Part shown: positions 29,351-39,402 of the stretch, piece by piece
Layout: each line of letters begins with the position of its first letter
How positions within the stretch are numbered: the first letter of the stretch is position 1
From: Candidatus Bathyarchaeia archaeon
GTDB taxonomy: Archaea > Thermoproteota > Bathyarchaeia > 40CM-2-53-6
DNA: 64,000 nt
NCBI GenBank assembly: GCA_049513715.1
Contig: JBEKVV010000005.1
Location: 32,001 to 96,000, forward strand
Direction of reading: 5' to 3'
Program-made: the position numbers and the translations under genes
Notes under the pieces: model-generated
Told to the model about the DNA's origin: nothing
Seen by the model: the letters and a program-made list of their open reading frames with translations, nothing else
Database searches by the model: none

Positions 29351-30492
29351 CCCTTCCTCGAGTATCCATATCGGGTTGTATCGTAGAAGGGTGTTTTCAC
29401 AATCTTGGCTTTCTCGATTCGTTCGCGAACTTGAATGTCGACGAAACGCCCTTCTTGGGCGGATTCTCTTTGAACGTATCCCATTGCGATTCCGGTATTC
29501 AGTAGAGGTGATAGAGTTCCGCTGCTTACTGTTCCAATGGGTTTTCCCTCGCCCGCTATCCCGAAACCACGCCTAGGGATAACGCGCTTTACAGTCAGTA
29601 GGCCAACTCGTACCCGCGGGGTTCCTTTCTCTTTAATGGCTTGCAGTCTTTGCTTGCCGATGAATTCCTTGTGCAACTTGACTACGAAGCTCAATTTGGC
29701 CTCATAGGGGTTCGTGTTCTCATCCATGTCGGTTCCGTATAGGCACAAACCAGCTTCGAGGCGTAGCAAGTCTCTCGCGCCGAGACCACACGGTTCAAGG
29801 CCGTAGGGTTTGCCCACCTCTAGCAGTCTGTCCCACACTGATCTAGCCTTGGAGGGGTTTGATATGGAGGAATCCCATACGTAGACTTCGAACCCATCTT
29901 CGCCAGTGTAGCCCGTCTGTGTGACCAGCGTTTTCGCGTGCGCCAACTCAGTCCAGGCCCATCCAAATCGCGGGATCGTGTCGAGGTTGTTCTTGCTTAA
30001 GCTTCCGACGATTCTTCTGGCCTTAGGGCCTTGCACGGCGAACATCGCAACATCATCCGAAACGTCACTTATGGAGACCTCAAGGCCGCTGGCATTTGAA
30101 ACGATCCAATCATAGTCCTTCGATCGATTTCCTGCATTATAGACCACAAGATGCTCATGCTCTCCCAGCCTGAAAACTGTGACATCGTCCTTGATTCCCC
30201 CCTCTGGATTGCAGATCAGGGAGTACTGTCCTTGACCGATTTTGAGGGAGGGGACATCGTTTGTGGTCACGTTGTCAAGTAACTTCGCCGAATCTTTGCC
30301 TTTGATTACAACGCGTCCCATGTGGCTGACATCGAAAATTCCCGCTGCATTCCGTACGGCCATGGCTTCTGGAATTATTCCTTTGAACCATAGTGGTAGA
30401 TTGAATCCCGCGAACTCAGTTATGTTGCCGTTCTTCTCGTGGAAATCCTGAATCTGGACGACTTTCAACGAACTGCTTCCTTGTACTCCCAA
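29347..30492 (-). CDS. gcvT: glycine cleavage system aminomethyltransferase T
   Basis: FDVSHMG, TGYTGEDGFE, GLGARDLLRLEAG. Confidence 0.96.
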   Translation of the reverse strand: MGVQGSSSLKVVQIQDFHEKNGNITEFAGFNLPLWFKGIIPEAMAVRNAAGIFDVSHMGRVVIKGKDSAKLLDNVTTNDVPSLKIGQGQYSLICNPEGGIKDDVTVFRLGEHEHLVVYNAGNRSKDYDWIVSNASGLEVSISDVSDDVAMFAVQGPKARRIVGSLSKNNLDTIPRFGWAWTELAHAKTLVTQTGYTGEDGFEVYVWDSSISNPSKARSVWDRLLEVGKPYGLEPCGLGARDLLRLEAGLCLYGTDMDENTNPYEAKLSFVVKLHKEFIGKQRLQAIKEKGTPRVRVGLLTVKRVIPRRGFGIAGEGKPIGTVSSGTLSPLLNTGIAMGYVQRESAQEGRFVDIQVRERIEKAKIVKTPFYDTTRYGYSRKG

Positions 30493-30510
30493 CAGAGCAG
30501 AATGAGCGTT

Positions 30511-30696
30511 TTAGCCAGGCGGTTTGGCGGCTTGCTCAAATGGAATTATCTTGACTTTCTCCGTCTCGAACTCCAGCTTCTTCTTGCATTGTGGGCACAC
30601 GCCATTATGGCGTTGAATTATCTCTGTTGGTGTCTCAAGCTCAAGGCCGTGGTATAGAATCGAGCCACACTCACGGCAGACGATTTTCTGTGGCAA
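30511..30696 (-). CDS. small zinc-finger protein
   Basis: TTG start; PQKIVCRECG...CPQCKKKL. Confidence 0.7.
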   Translation of the reverse strand: MPQKIVCRECGSILYHGLELETPTEIIQRHNGVCPQCKKKLEFETEKVKIIPFEQAAKPPG

Positions 30697-30774
30697 GCCA
30701 TAACCACGGCAAAGCCAGTGGCAAGGCAAGATATTTTAGCCTCGTGGTTATGTCCCGTTAGCAGGACTGGGAAA

Positions 30775-31233
30775 ATGCTGGAAGCACTTCGAATCAAGCT
30801 CAGAAAATTGCCATGGAAGCTTCAACGAAGCTTCGGTAACTTAGGCTACTCAATGAAGATATTCAGCGGACCAACCGCCCGCAGAATGAAACCTTCAACA
30901 ACGGTCTCATTGCTTGCGGTCTTAATCTTCGTCGGGTTTGTCCTGGCTGGTGGAATCTACGACATCCTTGAAAGACCGATTTCACTCCTTCCGACCGCAA
31001 ATGGCTATTCATTCGTAATCAAAGGAACGCTGGGACAGCAGACCCTTAACGAGAGCCTTGTGGCAGGATTCGTCTACATGCTAGGCCTAGGCGGCCTTTA
31101 CATGCTACTAAGGAGTACGCGGTTCGCCTATCGGCCCCGCAACGCGTACCTGCTCCTAATCCTGGGCACGATTACGATAATGTTGGTTATCGCCTATTCC
31201 AACGCGCTGATTACCCAAAAGATTGGCGGGTAG
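30775..31233 (+). CDS. OSTC/DC2 (OST3/OST6 family)-like three-TM membrane protein
   Basis: GGIYDILERP, QTLNESLVAGFVYMLGLGG and NAYLLLILG segments align by eye with eukaryotic OSTC/DC2 as recalled. Confidence 0.7.
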   Translation: MLEALRIKLRKLPWKLQRSFGNLGYSMKIFSGPTARRMKPSTTVSLLAVLIFVGFVLAGGIYDILERPISLLPTANGYSFVIKGTLGQQTLNESLVAGFVYMLGLGGLYMLLRSTRFAYRPRNAYLLLILGTITIMLVIAYSNALITQKIGG

Positions 31234-31238
31234 AGAAC

Positions 31239-31751
31239 CTACCAGTAATTCGATTTCAAACCCAAAGCGTAAGCCCCTACGTTCGCAAGAAAATGGATCG
31301 GCGGGGTAACCAATAGCAGTATCAACACTGTTCCTAAGCTAAGCTGGAAGACAGTTGACACCGCAAAAACTGCGCCTATAACAAAATCCAGTTGGTCTAT
31401 GCCAGGCAACGAACCCCCTGGAGAAATCTTCAACCTTCTCTTGATGAAAGCCCCACACAAGTCACCTAATAGAGCGCCCAAGGAGGCTAGAAGCGCAGCA
31501 GGAAACAGGTTGGATGACGTGTACAGGTTTTCAAACGCTCCCACAATCCCTCCCACGACCAGCCCGCTCACAAAGCCCCTAATCGTCTTGTGGCCGCCGA
31601 AAATTCTCTCTCCGTCGGTGAAGGTCTTGCCAAAATCAACCGAAGGTCCACCCCCAAATAGAACGGGGGCACCGTTGGTACAGTAGATTGGGACGATAAT
31701 GTACAGAGCATTTATCCAATCCTGAAGCGTTGGCCACACGCTACCCACCAA
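31239..31751 (-). CDS. carS: CDP-archaeol synthase
   Basis: NGAPVLFGGG, DFGK, GHKTIRG, GDLCGAFIKRR, DQLDF. Confidence 0.93.
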   Translation of the reverse strand: MVGSVWPTLQDWINALYIIVPIYCTNGAPVLFGGGPSVDFGKTFTDGERIFGGHKTIRGFVSGLVVGGIVGAFENLYTSSNLFPAALLASLGALLGDLCGAFIKRRLKISPGGSLPGIDQLDFVIGAVFAVSTVFQLSLGTVLILLLVTPPIHFLANVGAYALGLKSNYW

Positions 31752-31793
31752 CTAGAATTATCGCCCGTAACCTAAGGTCGAATGAATTAAGAC

Positions 31794-32510
31794 TTAGGCC
31801 GCCGCGTCTTCTAACCCACCCTCTTTCAGCGCCACCAAACTACTGTTGGCTCTAACGTCTGAGCCCTCTATCCGCTCAACGCTGAACTCTTTCACGTTTG
31901 ATTTTGGCGTATTCCTGATTCGGATTACCATTCGTGGGAAGTGAAGGACAGCCCGGCGCGCAACGGGCTCCACATAGGAGAAAGGCGGCATAGGCCTAGC
32001 GTGTACTTGGCTCGTAATCATGCATGCGAGCCGTGAGCTGGAACAAAGTTCACCGAGGTACGCAAGTTGACCACTGAGGTCTCTGTTTAAACTGAAAATA
32101 CTGTCAGCCTTGGAAAACGCAGCTCGGTAGAGGGAGGAGATAGAGTCAACTATGACCAAACCGAGCAAAGGGGTGACATAATTTTCGAGCGACTGGATTA
32201 TTTTGCGTTGCTCTGCGAAAGTCTCGGGAAGGAAGAGCATTATCAATTCGCTAATTTCCTTTAAGTTGTCTTTCGCTATTTGTTGGTATCTCTGTTGTGT
32301 GAAGGAGTGATCGGAGTCAACGTAGAGTACTTTGAAACCCATCTTGGCGGCATTTGTTGCGGCTTGAATTACTGTGGTGGTTTTTCCTGTCGCGGCTTCG
32401 CCGTAGATTAATGAGATTTCACCGCGGTGAAATCCTCCGCGCAATAGCCCATCTAATCTTGGGCAACCTATTGGAATGTTCCCCTCCCTCGGTGGCAATT
32501 CGATAACCAT
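31794..32510 (-). CDS. radB: DNA repair protein RadB
   Basis: RecA core only; GEAATGKTT, IVDSISSLYR, TSQV. Confidence 0.85.
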   Translation of the reverse strand: MVIELPPREGNIPIGCPRLDGLLRGGFHRGEISLIYGEAATGKTTTVIQAATNAAKMGFKVLYVDSDHSFTQQRYQQIAKDNLKEISELIMLFLPETFAEQRKIIQSLENYVTPLLGLVIVDSISSLYRAAFSKADSIFSLNRDLSGQLAYLGELCSSSRLACMITSQVHARPMPPFSYVEPVARRAVLHFPRMVIRIRNTPKSNVKEFSVERIEGSDVRANSSLVALKEGGLEDAAA

Positions 32511-32596
32511 GCTCGGTGTGGAAAGTTACCTAGTACAATGCGACGGTTTCCGGGACATAGGTAATAGCCCTACCCCGACGCTTGAGCGTGGAACCC

Positions 32597-33040
32597 CTAT
32601 TCTTGACTCGACATCAATTCCTTAACGATAGCGCGTGGTCTGGCAGCGTCAAGCAGCCGTGTGAACTGTTTGATCCACAGAGGGTACAAGTACAGCTTTC
32701 CGTAGAAGAATTCCTCAAACACCAAGTTATCGAGGAGGCTTATGGCCCTACGGACCGTTGAGTACCCGTAGACAGTGGAAAGACGGTCCACATTATCTAG
32801 CGATGGAAGGCTCAAGAACTCCGAGGCGATTGTCGCGTAAAGTTGTCTTTGGTCGCGTACTTCCTGTAGCCTTCTTTGACTCAGTTTTCGCAGAGCCAGT
32901 CGCTTAAACACCCGCGACTGCTTCAACCGCTCTTCTAGGGCGAAATTCTTCGGCAAATCCAAGGGGCTCAGTTCCAGTACTTCTGAGCCACGCATTTTTA
33001 AATTCATGCACGTACGATGAAAGAAATGTTCACGAACCAC
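32597..33040 (-). CDS. hypothetical protein
   Basis: 147-codon ORF co-oriented between gcvH and radB. Confidence 0.55.
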   Translation of the reverse strand: MVREHFFHRTCMNLKMRGSEVLELSPLDLPKNFALEERLKQSRVFKRLALRKLSQRRLQEVRDQRQLYATIASEFLSLPSLDNVDRLSTVYGYSTVRRAISLLDNLVFEEFFYGKLYLYPLWIKQFTRLLDAARPRAIVKELMSSQE

Positions 33041-33049
33041 ATGGAGTCT

Positions 33050-33463
33050 TTATTTCTTCTTGCTAACTTCCTCAAGGTACTTACCGTAACTTTCGGAGCT
33101 CAGCAGGGATTTCAAGTCCTCTTGTAGACGCGAAACCTTAACTACCGCAATCCATCCCGCGCCGTAGGGTTCCTGGTTTACAAGTTCAGGTGAATTCACG
33201 AGTTTCTCGTTGCGTTCTATGACTTCACCCGTAACTGGTGAATACAACTCCGACACCGCCTTGACAGATTCAACTGTTCCGAATACTGCGCTCTGAGTCA
33301 ATACTTTTCCGATGTTTGGTAGGTCTACGTAAACGACCTCGTGGAGCGTCTTTTGCGCGTAGTCAGTGATTCCGACCCTGCACTTGTCCCCTTCGACCTT
33401 CAACCACTCGTGTTCTTTGGTGTAGTAGAGTTCGCCCGGCACTTCGCTATCGACTACCTTCAT
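33050..33463 (-). CDS. gcvH: glycine cleavage system H protein
   Basis: EHEW, VGITDYAQ, ESVKA lipoyl lysine, PYGAGW. Confidence 0.96.
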   Translation of the reverse strand: MKVVDSEVPGELYYTKEHEWLKVEGDKCRVGITDYAQKTLHEVVYVDLPNIGKVLTQSAVFGTVESVKAVSELYSPVTGEVIERNEKLVNSPELVNQEPYGAGWIAVVKVSRLQEDLKSLLSSESYGKYLEEVSKKK

Positions 33464-33531
33464 GGCAATAGACACCACACGTCCTTTTTGACGAGGAGGC
33501 AGCGTATTTAGCAATATGCTCTGGCTTCTAG

Positions 33532-34665
33532 TTGTGCGAGAGCGAATTCAGAGAACGGATCATGCGAGGTGCACAATCGTTGCGCTACCTAGTTGCGGCC
33601 CATAATACGTTAGTCATCCGCGGTCCAGGGTCATTTCAACTTCTAAGTGGAAACGCCAGTGTTCTTGGCGCGCGCATCGGCACCAACCGCAGAATTGTCA
33701 TCAGACAAGAAAAGCAGCTTCCAATAGAAACTCAATCTGAAACCGACTTAGAGATACTGTTGGGCGGCGAAGGTGGAGTATTCGAAGTCGAGGGAAGTAC
33801 GATTCCGAACTCTTGGGCAACCGCAGCCGAAGCGCTGACACAGCTTAAGCAGGGCAAGATCATTGTGATTGGGCCTTCTGATGTCGGCAAGAGTGCTTTC
33901 TGCACGTACCTCGCTAATTCACTAATGAAAGAAAGACTTAGAGTTCGCATACTCGATGGCGACATCGGTCAGGCAGACATTGGACCGCCGACAGCGATAG
34001 GCAGTGCTATCCCAACCAGCCCCATCTATTCTCTTACCGATCTCAACCCAGAAGCACTCCTCTTCGTCGGAGATACCACGCCGAGCCGCGTAGAGGCGAA
34101 GCTGATTGAAGGAATCCACCGACTGGGTGCCATCAGCCAAGAAGAGCTCACAATCATCAACACTGATGGATGGGTCTTGGATCCACAGGCTGTATTGTAC
34201 AAGATGAAGTTGGTTGAGGCCATTGAGCCTGACCTCGTCATTGGGATATCGGCTTCCGATGATCTTCAACCTATCCTGTCCGGGTCAAGGGCGAAGTGCT
34301 TTCAAGTTCGGCCGCCCGAGCAGGTTTTGCCTCGTACCAGAAGCGATAGACGAGATCTTCGCACGCTGCAATACCGGAAATTTCTGGATGGTGGAACAAT
34401 CAAAACGATGTCCACACGCGACGTGATCCTCAAAGGCCCTCAGGGGCCAATTTCACCCCAAAACTCCAAGTACAAAGAACATGCGGGACTGATTACAGGA
34501 CTCTTGGATCAAAATGGATTCATGCTTCAGATAGGCGTCACAATGAACTTGGAGCGAGAATTCTTGAAGGTCTACACAAGGTCAATAGAGAAGGTAAGTG
34601 AGGTGGAGTTCGGCCAAATTAGGCTCACAATCGAGGGGATGGAGGTAGGGTATCTAGAGTATTGA
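33532..34665 (+). CDS. Clp1/Grc3 (Nol9) polynucleotide 5'-hydroxyl kinase
   Basis: GPSDVGKS, DGDIGQADIGPP, INTDGWV. Confidence 0.9.
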   Translation: MCESEFRERIMRGAQSLRYLVAAHNTLVIRGPGSFQLLSGNASVLGARIGTNRRIVIRQEKQLPIETQSETDLEILLGGEGGVFEVEGSTIPNSWATAAEALTQLKQGKIIVIGPSDVGKSAFCTYLANSLMKERLRVRILDGDIGQADIGPPTAIGSAIPTSPIYSLTDLNPEALLFVGDTTPSRVEAKLIEGIHRLGAISQEELTIINTDGWVLDPQAVLYKMKLVEAIEPDLVIGISASDDLQPILSGSRAKCFQVRPPEQVLPRTRSDRRDLRTLQYRKFLDGGTIKTMSTRDVILKGPQGPISPQNSKYKEHAGLITGLLDQNGFMLQIGVTMNLEREFLKVYTRSIEKVSEVEFGQIRLTIEGMEVGYLEY

Positions 34666-34751
34666 ACCACGGGCCGAATTTGTGATTAGACTAATCCTTT
34701 AATGAATCAATTGCGAGCTATCAAGCCACTTTTGCCCGGAGGAAAGCAGTC

Positions 34752-36155
34752 TTGAGGGAGCTGGAAGAGTACAGAACGAAGATTCGTGAAACTGACCGAC
34801 AAATGCTCTCCCTAATCCAAGAAAGGTTATCACTAGGCGATAAATTGGCGGCAGTGAAGCACGCGAAAAGCCTGCCAATAATTGATGCAACCGCAGAGCA
34901 AGCAGTTCTTGACAACTTAACAGAAACTGCAAAGACCCTTGGACTAACGACTAGTTTCGCACGGCGATTGGGAGAACTCCTAATTGAGGAATCCGTGAGA
35001 GTCCAGGATGAAGGAAAACCGAAGCAATCGAAAGACCAATTGATGAAGGAAATTTTCGAACTCATACAGAAACTGTTAGCCCAGGGTCAACGTGTCACAC
35101 GCTTTGAGATTGGAGAACCGAACTTTCCTCCGTCAACACAAATTGTACGCGCTCTGACGGATACTTTCCGCAAGAAGAAGATTGTTGGATACGGACCCGC
35201 TGCTGGTCTCCCGGAGCTGCGGAAGGCTCTGGCCGATGAACTAAGCGCCCAGCACAATTTCACAATCGACCCCGACCAGATCGTCGTAACACCGGGTGGG
35301 AGATTTGCCATATTCGCCGCCGTCACAAGTTTCGTCTCTCCCTTAGAACGCGTGGCCATTCCGCAGCCGGCTTGGCCAGCATATGAGGAATGCGTCGACT
35401 TCGCAAGGGGTCGCACAATTCCGATTAACACAACACTCGAAGACAGCTGGGAGGTTGACCTGGGAAGGCTGGAAGACGAGCTGAGGAAAGGCGTCAAATT
35501 ACTCATCCTGAACACGCCCAACAACCCTACAGGCAAGATCATACGTCAGAAAAAATTCAGGGAAATCGTAGACCTAGCAAAGAGGTATGGCACGTTGGTG
35601 CTCTCCGATGAGGTGTATGAGAGGTACGTTCACAAGAAGAGTCCAAGCATCCTAGAGAGCGGATACGAAAACTTCGTGTATATCAACAGCTTCTCCAAGC
35701 AATTCAGTCTAACAGGGTGGAGAATCGCATACCTGGTAACCACGAAACAAGCTGCTCTGAGAGTCCGCCGCGTGATTCAAACAGCAATAACCTGCGTACC
35801 CGAATTCACACAAAGAGCTGCCCTCGTTGCAATAACAAAAGGCCGTAGAGAAGCCCAACGGCAAGTCAACGATATTTTGAAGAAAGTAGACTTCACCTGC
35901 CGGGAACTGAGCAAAATCGACGTTTCCTTCTATAAGCCCGAAGGGGCTTTCTACGTCTTCCCTAAGGTTAACAGATCGAACTTTGATTCAGTCAGATTCG
36001 CAAGGGAACTTCTAGAGAAACATCATGTTAGCATAAGCCCGGGCCAGGCCTTCGGAGACTACCCAGAATTCTTCAGACTTGCGGTCTCCTTGCCCAAAGC
36101 CCAGATCCCCAGTGCCATCAAAGCCATCGGCAGGGCGATAGATGCTTGGTCGTAG
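34752..36155 (+). CDS. chorismate mutase (AroQ) / class I-II PLP aminotransferase fusion
   Basis: N-terminal LEEYRTKIRETD...ER...K...ES AroQ domain; GEP, NTPNNPTG, DEVY, SFSKQFSLTGWR. Confidence 0.88.
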   Translation: MRELEEYRTKIRETDRQMLSLIQERLSLGDKLAAVKHAKSLPIIDATAEQAVLDNLTETAKTLGLTTSFARRLGELLIEESVRVQDEGKPKQSKDQLMKEIFELIQKLLAQGQRVTRFEIGEPNFPPSTQIVRALTDTFRKKKIVGYGPAAGLPELRKALADELSAQHNFTIDPDQIVVTPGGRFAIFAAVTSFVSPLERVAIPQPAWPAYEECVDFARGRTIPINTTLEDSWEVDLGRLEDELRKGVKLLILNTPNNPTGKIIRQKKFREIVDLAKRYGTLVLSDEVYERYVHKKSPSILESGYENFVYINSFSKQFSLTGWRIAYLVTTKQAALRVRRVIQTAITCVPEFTQRAALVAITKGRREAQRQVNDILKKVDFTCRELSKIDVSFYKPEGAFYVFPKVNRSNFDSVRFARELLEKHHVSISPGQAFGDYPEFFRLAVSLPKAQIPSAIKAIGRAIDAWS

Positions 36156-37027
36156 CGACCGTCATCGGTGGAGCGGGACGAATGGGCGCATGGTTCGCCA
36201 ACTTCCTAAAGAAAAACGGGTACAGAGTCATCATACAAGACAAGAACTCCACCGCTGCTAGGGCACTCGCCAGAAAGGAAGGCTACCAATTCATCAAATC
36301 ACAGAATCAGGCAATCTCATTGGGCCAAATAATCGTACTAGCCACACCCACGAATGCAACATTGTCCTTGCTAAGTCGTACGAGCCTAATGTTCAGTCGG
36401 GAAAAACTTTATGTCGAAATTTCCTCAGTTAAAGAACCAGTCAGGACAACCATTCAACTATTACGCCGAAGGATTGGCATTCTAAGCGTTCATCCGATGT
36501 TCGGCCCAGGGTCTCAGACACTGTCAGGAAAAGCCATGCTCGTTACATCTGAGCCAGCTAATAGTAAAATGGCCGAAGCGCTGTTGAAACTGTTCCGAAA
36601 GAAAGGCGTAATGCTATTCCGGTTTGACCCGGAACGCCATGACCAACTGATTGCGCTGGTTCTGGCCCTACCTCATTTCGTCAACAACATCTTCATGAAT
36701 ACCCTGAAGACAATTGGAGAGAACCCTAACCGCCTTCGTAAAGTAGCGGGCACGACCTTTAGACTGCAGTTGCTCACTGCAGAAGCAATCAGTCAGGAGG
36801 ATACTGAGAACGAGCTTTCAATATTGATCGACACTAAGGAAACCCTGACGGTACTGAGGCTATTCCTCAAACAATGCACTGCAGCGGCTAAGGCTGTCGA
36901 AAAAGGTCAACGCAAACGTTTGCGCGAGACTCTCGTTAATGGACGAAGCTACGTTCAAAGAGACCGGGTGTTCGCAACTGCATATAGACGATTTAATGCA
37001 GCTGTTGAAGCGTCTAGTTCTGTTTGA
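36146..37027 (+). CDS. tyrA: prephenate/arogenate dehydrogenase
   Basis: GGAGRMG, ISSVK, HPMFGP, HD...LPH. Confidence 0.92.
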   Translation: MVVATVIGGAGRMGAWFANFLKKNGYRVIIQDKNSTAARALARKEGYQFIKSQNQAISLGQIIVLATPTNATLSLLSRTSLMFSREKLYVEISSVKEPVRTTIQLLRRRIGILSVHPMFGPGSQTLSGKAMLVTSEPANSKMAEALLKLFRKKGVMLFRFDPERHDQLIALVLALPHFVNNIFMNTLKTIGENPNRLRKVAGTTFRLQLLTAEAISQEDTENELSILIDTKETLTVLRLFLKQCTAAAKAVEKGQRKRLRETLVNGRSYVQRDRVFATAYRRFNAAVEASSSV

Positions 37028-38141
37028 TGATCCTGGATTGTTTCTTGCCCATTACGCGTGGGAGCACACCTGCACGCAGGCAATGGTCCGCAAGCACTAT
37101 TGCCACAGCAGATTCTACCACTGGGACGGCTTTTGGAACAATGCACGGGTCATGGCGCCCAGAAACCTGGACGATCGTGTCTTTCATTTCCTGAAGGTTG
37201 ACAGTTTGCTGTTGCCTAGGGATTGAGGATGGCGGCTTGAACCCTACGTGAACCACAACAGGCATTCCGTTTGATAGACCACCTAGGATTCCTCCGGAGT
37301 TGTTGGTTAGGGTGACGACCTTGCCTTCGTGAACGGTGTACGGGTCGTTATTCTCTGAACCTTTCACGGCAGAGGCCTGAAAACCTAACCCTACCTCGAA
37401 GCCTTTCACTGCGGGTATGCTGAAGGCGATTTTAGCGAGATCTGCGTCTAAGCTGTCAAAGAATGGTTCCCCGATCCCAGGAGGTACACCATCGGCGACA
37501 CATTCTACAACTCCTCCAACGCTATCGCCAGACCTGCGAGCCTGAAGAATCACTTCTCTCATTTTCTCTGCTGTTTCTGGGTCTGCGCAGCGGACTGAGT
37601 TTGCGAACGCGTTCTTCTTTATAATGTCATGGGGCAGTGTCCGGCCCAACTTTACTGTGTGAACTTGAATTGTGTGCGCAAAAACCTCGACTCCAATGGT
37701 GCTCAGTAGCTTCCTGGCTATGGCCCCAGCCATGACGATGGGGACGGTCATTCTACCGCTGGCTTGTCCGCCTCCCCGAAGGTCACTGAAATCACCGTAT
37801 TTTATTCGCATTGGAAAATCCGCATGCCCCGGTCTGGCTACGGACTTAAGTTTCTCATAGTCTTGGGACCTGACATCTTTGTTCAATGTTAACAGGGCTA
37901 CAGGTGCGCCGGTTGTGTGACCCTCGAAGATGCCCGAGAGAATCTGAACTTCGTCCTTTTCTCGCCTAGCTGATGTCATTGCTGGATCTGGTGGAATTCT
38001 TCTGTCCAGCTCTCGTTGAATGTCTTCTGTGTTCAACGAAAGCCCGGCGGGGCAACCGTCGACCACAGTCGCCACTCCGGGGCCATGGCTTTCACCGAAG
38101 ACTGTGACGCAGAATTCCTTTCCGAATGTGCTGTCACCCAT
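37014..38141 (-). CDS. aroC: chorismate synthase
   Basis: GESHG, RPGHAD, RGGGQASGR, NNSGGILGG, GRHDPC. Confidence 0.97.
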   Translation of the reverse strand: MGDSTFGKEFCVTVFGESHGPGVATVVDGCPAGLSLNTEDIQRELDRRIPPDPAMTSARREKDEVQILSGIFEGHTTGAPVALLTLNKDVRSQDYEKLKSVARPGHADFPMRIKYGDFSDLRGGGQASGRMTVPIVMAGAIARKLLSTIGVEVFAHTIQVHTVKLGRTLPHDIIKKNAFANSVRCADPETAEKMREVILQARRSGDSVGGVVECVADGVPPGIGEPFFDSLDADLAKIAFSIPAVKGFEVGLGFQASAVKGSENNDPYTVHEGKVVTLTNNSGGILGGLSNGMPVVVHVGFKPPSSIPRQQQTVNLQEMKDTIVQVSGRHDPCIVPKAVPVVESAVAIVLADHCLRAGVLPRVMGKKQSRIIKQN

Positions 38142-39402
38142 TCACTTCAACTCCCAATGCACGCATGTCATCGAAGAAGGTTGGGTATGATTTGCTTACG
38201 CATTCAGCGCCTTGAATTTCAACTCTGCCATCTGCGCCCAGGGCAGCAACTGTGAGCGCCATTGCAATTCTGTGGTCACCATGCGACTGAACAACTCCTC
38301 CTCTCAACGAGGCGGGACCATGAATGCGAAATCCATCCTCTGTCTCTGTGACGTTTGCGCCCAATGCCACTAATTCATCGGAAATACTGGTCAATCGATC
38401 AGACTCTTTGAATCGCAACCTTGAGGCCCCGCAGATCGTTGTTTCCCCATCAGCGTAGCATCCAAGAACTGCCGCCACAGGCCCCAAGTCTGGAGAGTCA
38501 TGAATATCAATTCTAGCGGCCTTCAGACCCACGCCTTCGACCAATACCCCATCATCAACGAGCCTGACGGCTGCCCCCATTTGAGACAGAAGCCCAAGAA
38601 CAACGCCGTCCGGTTCATGGCTAGGTGACGCAAGGCCTCGAACTACAACGCGTGAATTCGTTATAGCTGCGGCGGAGAGTGGGAACGCAGCCGAGGAGTA
38701 ATCTCCCGAAATCGAATGCTCAGCCGAAACGTACCTCTCATTCGGAGTAACTTCAAAAAATGACATCTCACCATCGGTTCTAGCGTGAACCCCATGTTTT
38801 TTCATGGCATCCATTGTGAGCGAGACATATCCTCTTGATTCCAAACGCGTTGTCAAATCCAATCGTAAACCCTTCTTCATGAGAGGCCCGGCGAGGATTA
38901 GGCCTGAGATGAACTGGGAACTGACATCCCCCCGAACAGAAACAGAACCCCCCTCTGGCACTTCACCATCCAATACAACCGAATCATCGTTTACGGTGAG
39001 CTTCACTCCGACTTGTTCCATTGCTGACGCCAAGGGTTGCAAAGGCCTTTTCAGGAGATTACATTTCGCTCTCAACGCCACCCTTCTGCCCGTAAGGGAT
39101 ACTATTGGAATTAGGAAACGCAGGGTAACACCTGATTCACCGCATTGAATTTCCTCTTGCGGTGGATTCGGGAAACCTTTGCCTTCCACGTTCCAAATCC
39201 TCCCTTGTCGAATTATCTTTGCTCCTAAAGCGGAGATGCATTTAGCGGTCGCTTCTGTGTCATCACAAGAGAGTGGATTGTCGATCCTTGTAGTGCCTTT
39301 CGAAAGGAGACCAGTGAAAAGTGCGCGGTGAGTTTGCGCTTTTGATGGAGGAGCGGTTATCGTACCCGAGAGTTGGCGCTTTGGAGTTATTGTGACGTTC
39401 AA
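38134..39402 (-). CDS. aroA: EPSP synthase
   Basis: PPSK, GESGVTLRF, SSQFISG, KESDR, DHRIAM, KSYP. Confidence 0.97.
   Translation of the reverse strand: MNVTITPKRQLSGTITAPPSKAQTHRALFTGLLSKGTTRIDNPLSCDDTEATAKCISALGAKIIRQGRIWNVEGKGFPNPPQEEIQCGESGVTLRFLIPIVSLTGRRVALRAKCNLLKRPLQPLASAMEQVGVKLTVNDDSVVLDGEVPEGGSVSVRGDVSSQFISGLILAGPLMKKGLRLDLTTRLESRGYVSLTMDAMKKHGVHARTDGEMSFFEVTPNERYVSAEHSISGDYSSAAFPLSAAAITNSRVVVRGLASPSHEPDGVVLGLLSQMGAAVRLVDDGVLVEGVGLKAARIDIHDSPDLGPVAAVLGCYADGETTICGASRLRFKESDRLTSISDELVALGANVTETEDGFRIHGPASLRGGVVQSHGDHRIAMALTVAALGADGRVEIQGAECVSKSYPTFFDDMRALGVEVNG

Noticed and set aside
29347..33463. gcvT and gcvH without gcvP/gcvL
   Set aside because: These genes are often dispersed in archaea; absence from one window is uninformative
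34702..34755. uORF MNQLRAIKPLLPGGKQS before the chorismate mutase fusion
   Set aside because: No aromatic codons and the ATG lies within the likely TATA region
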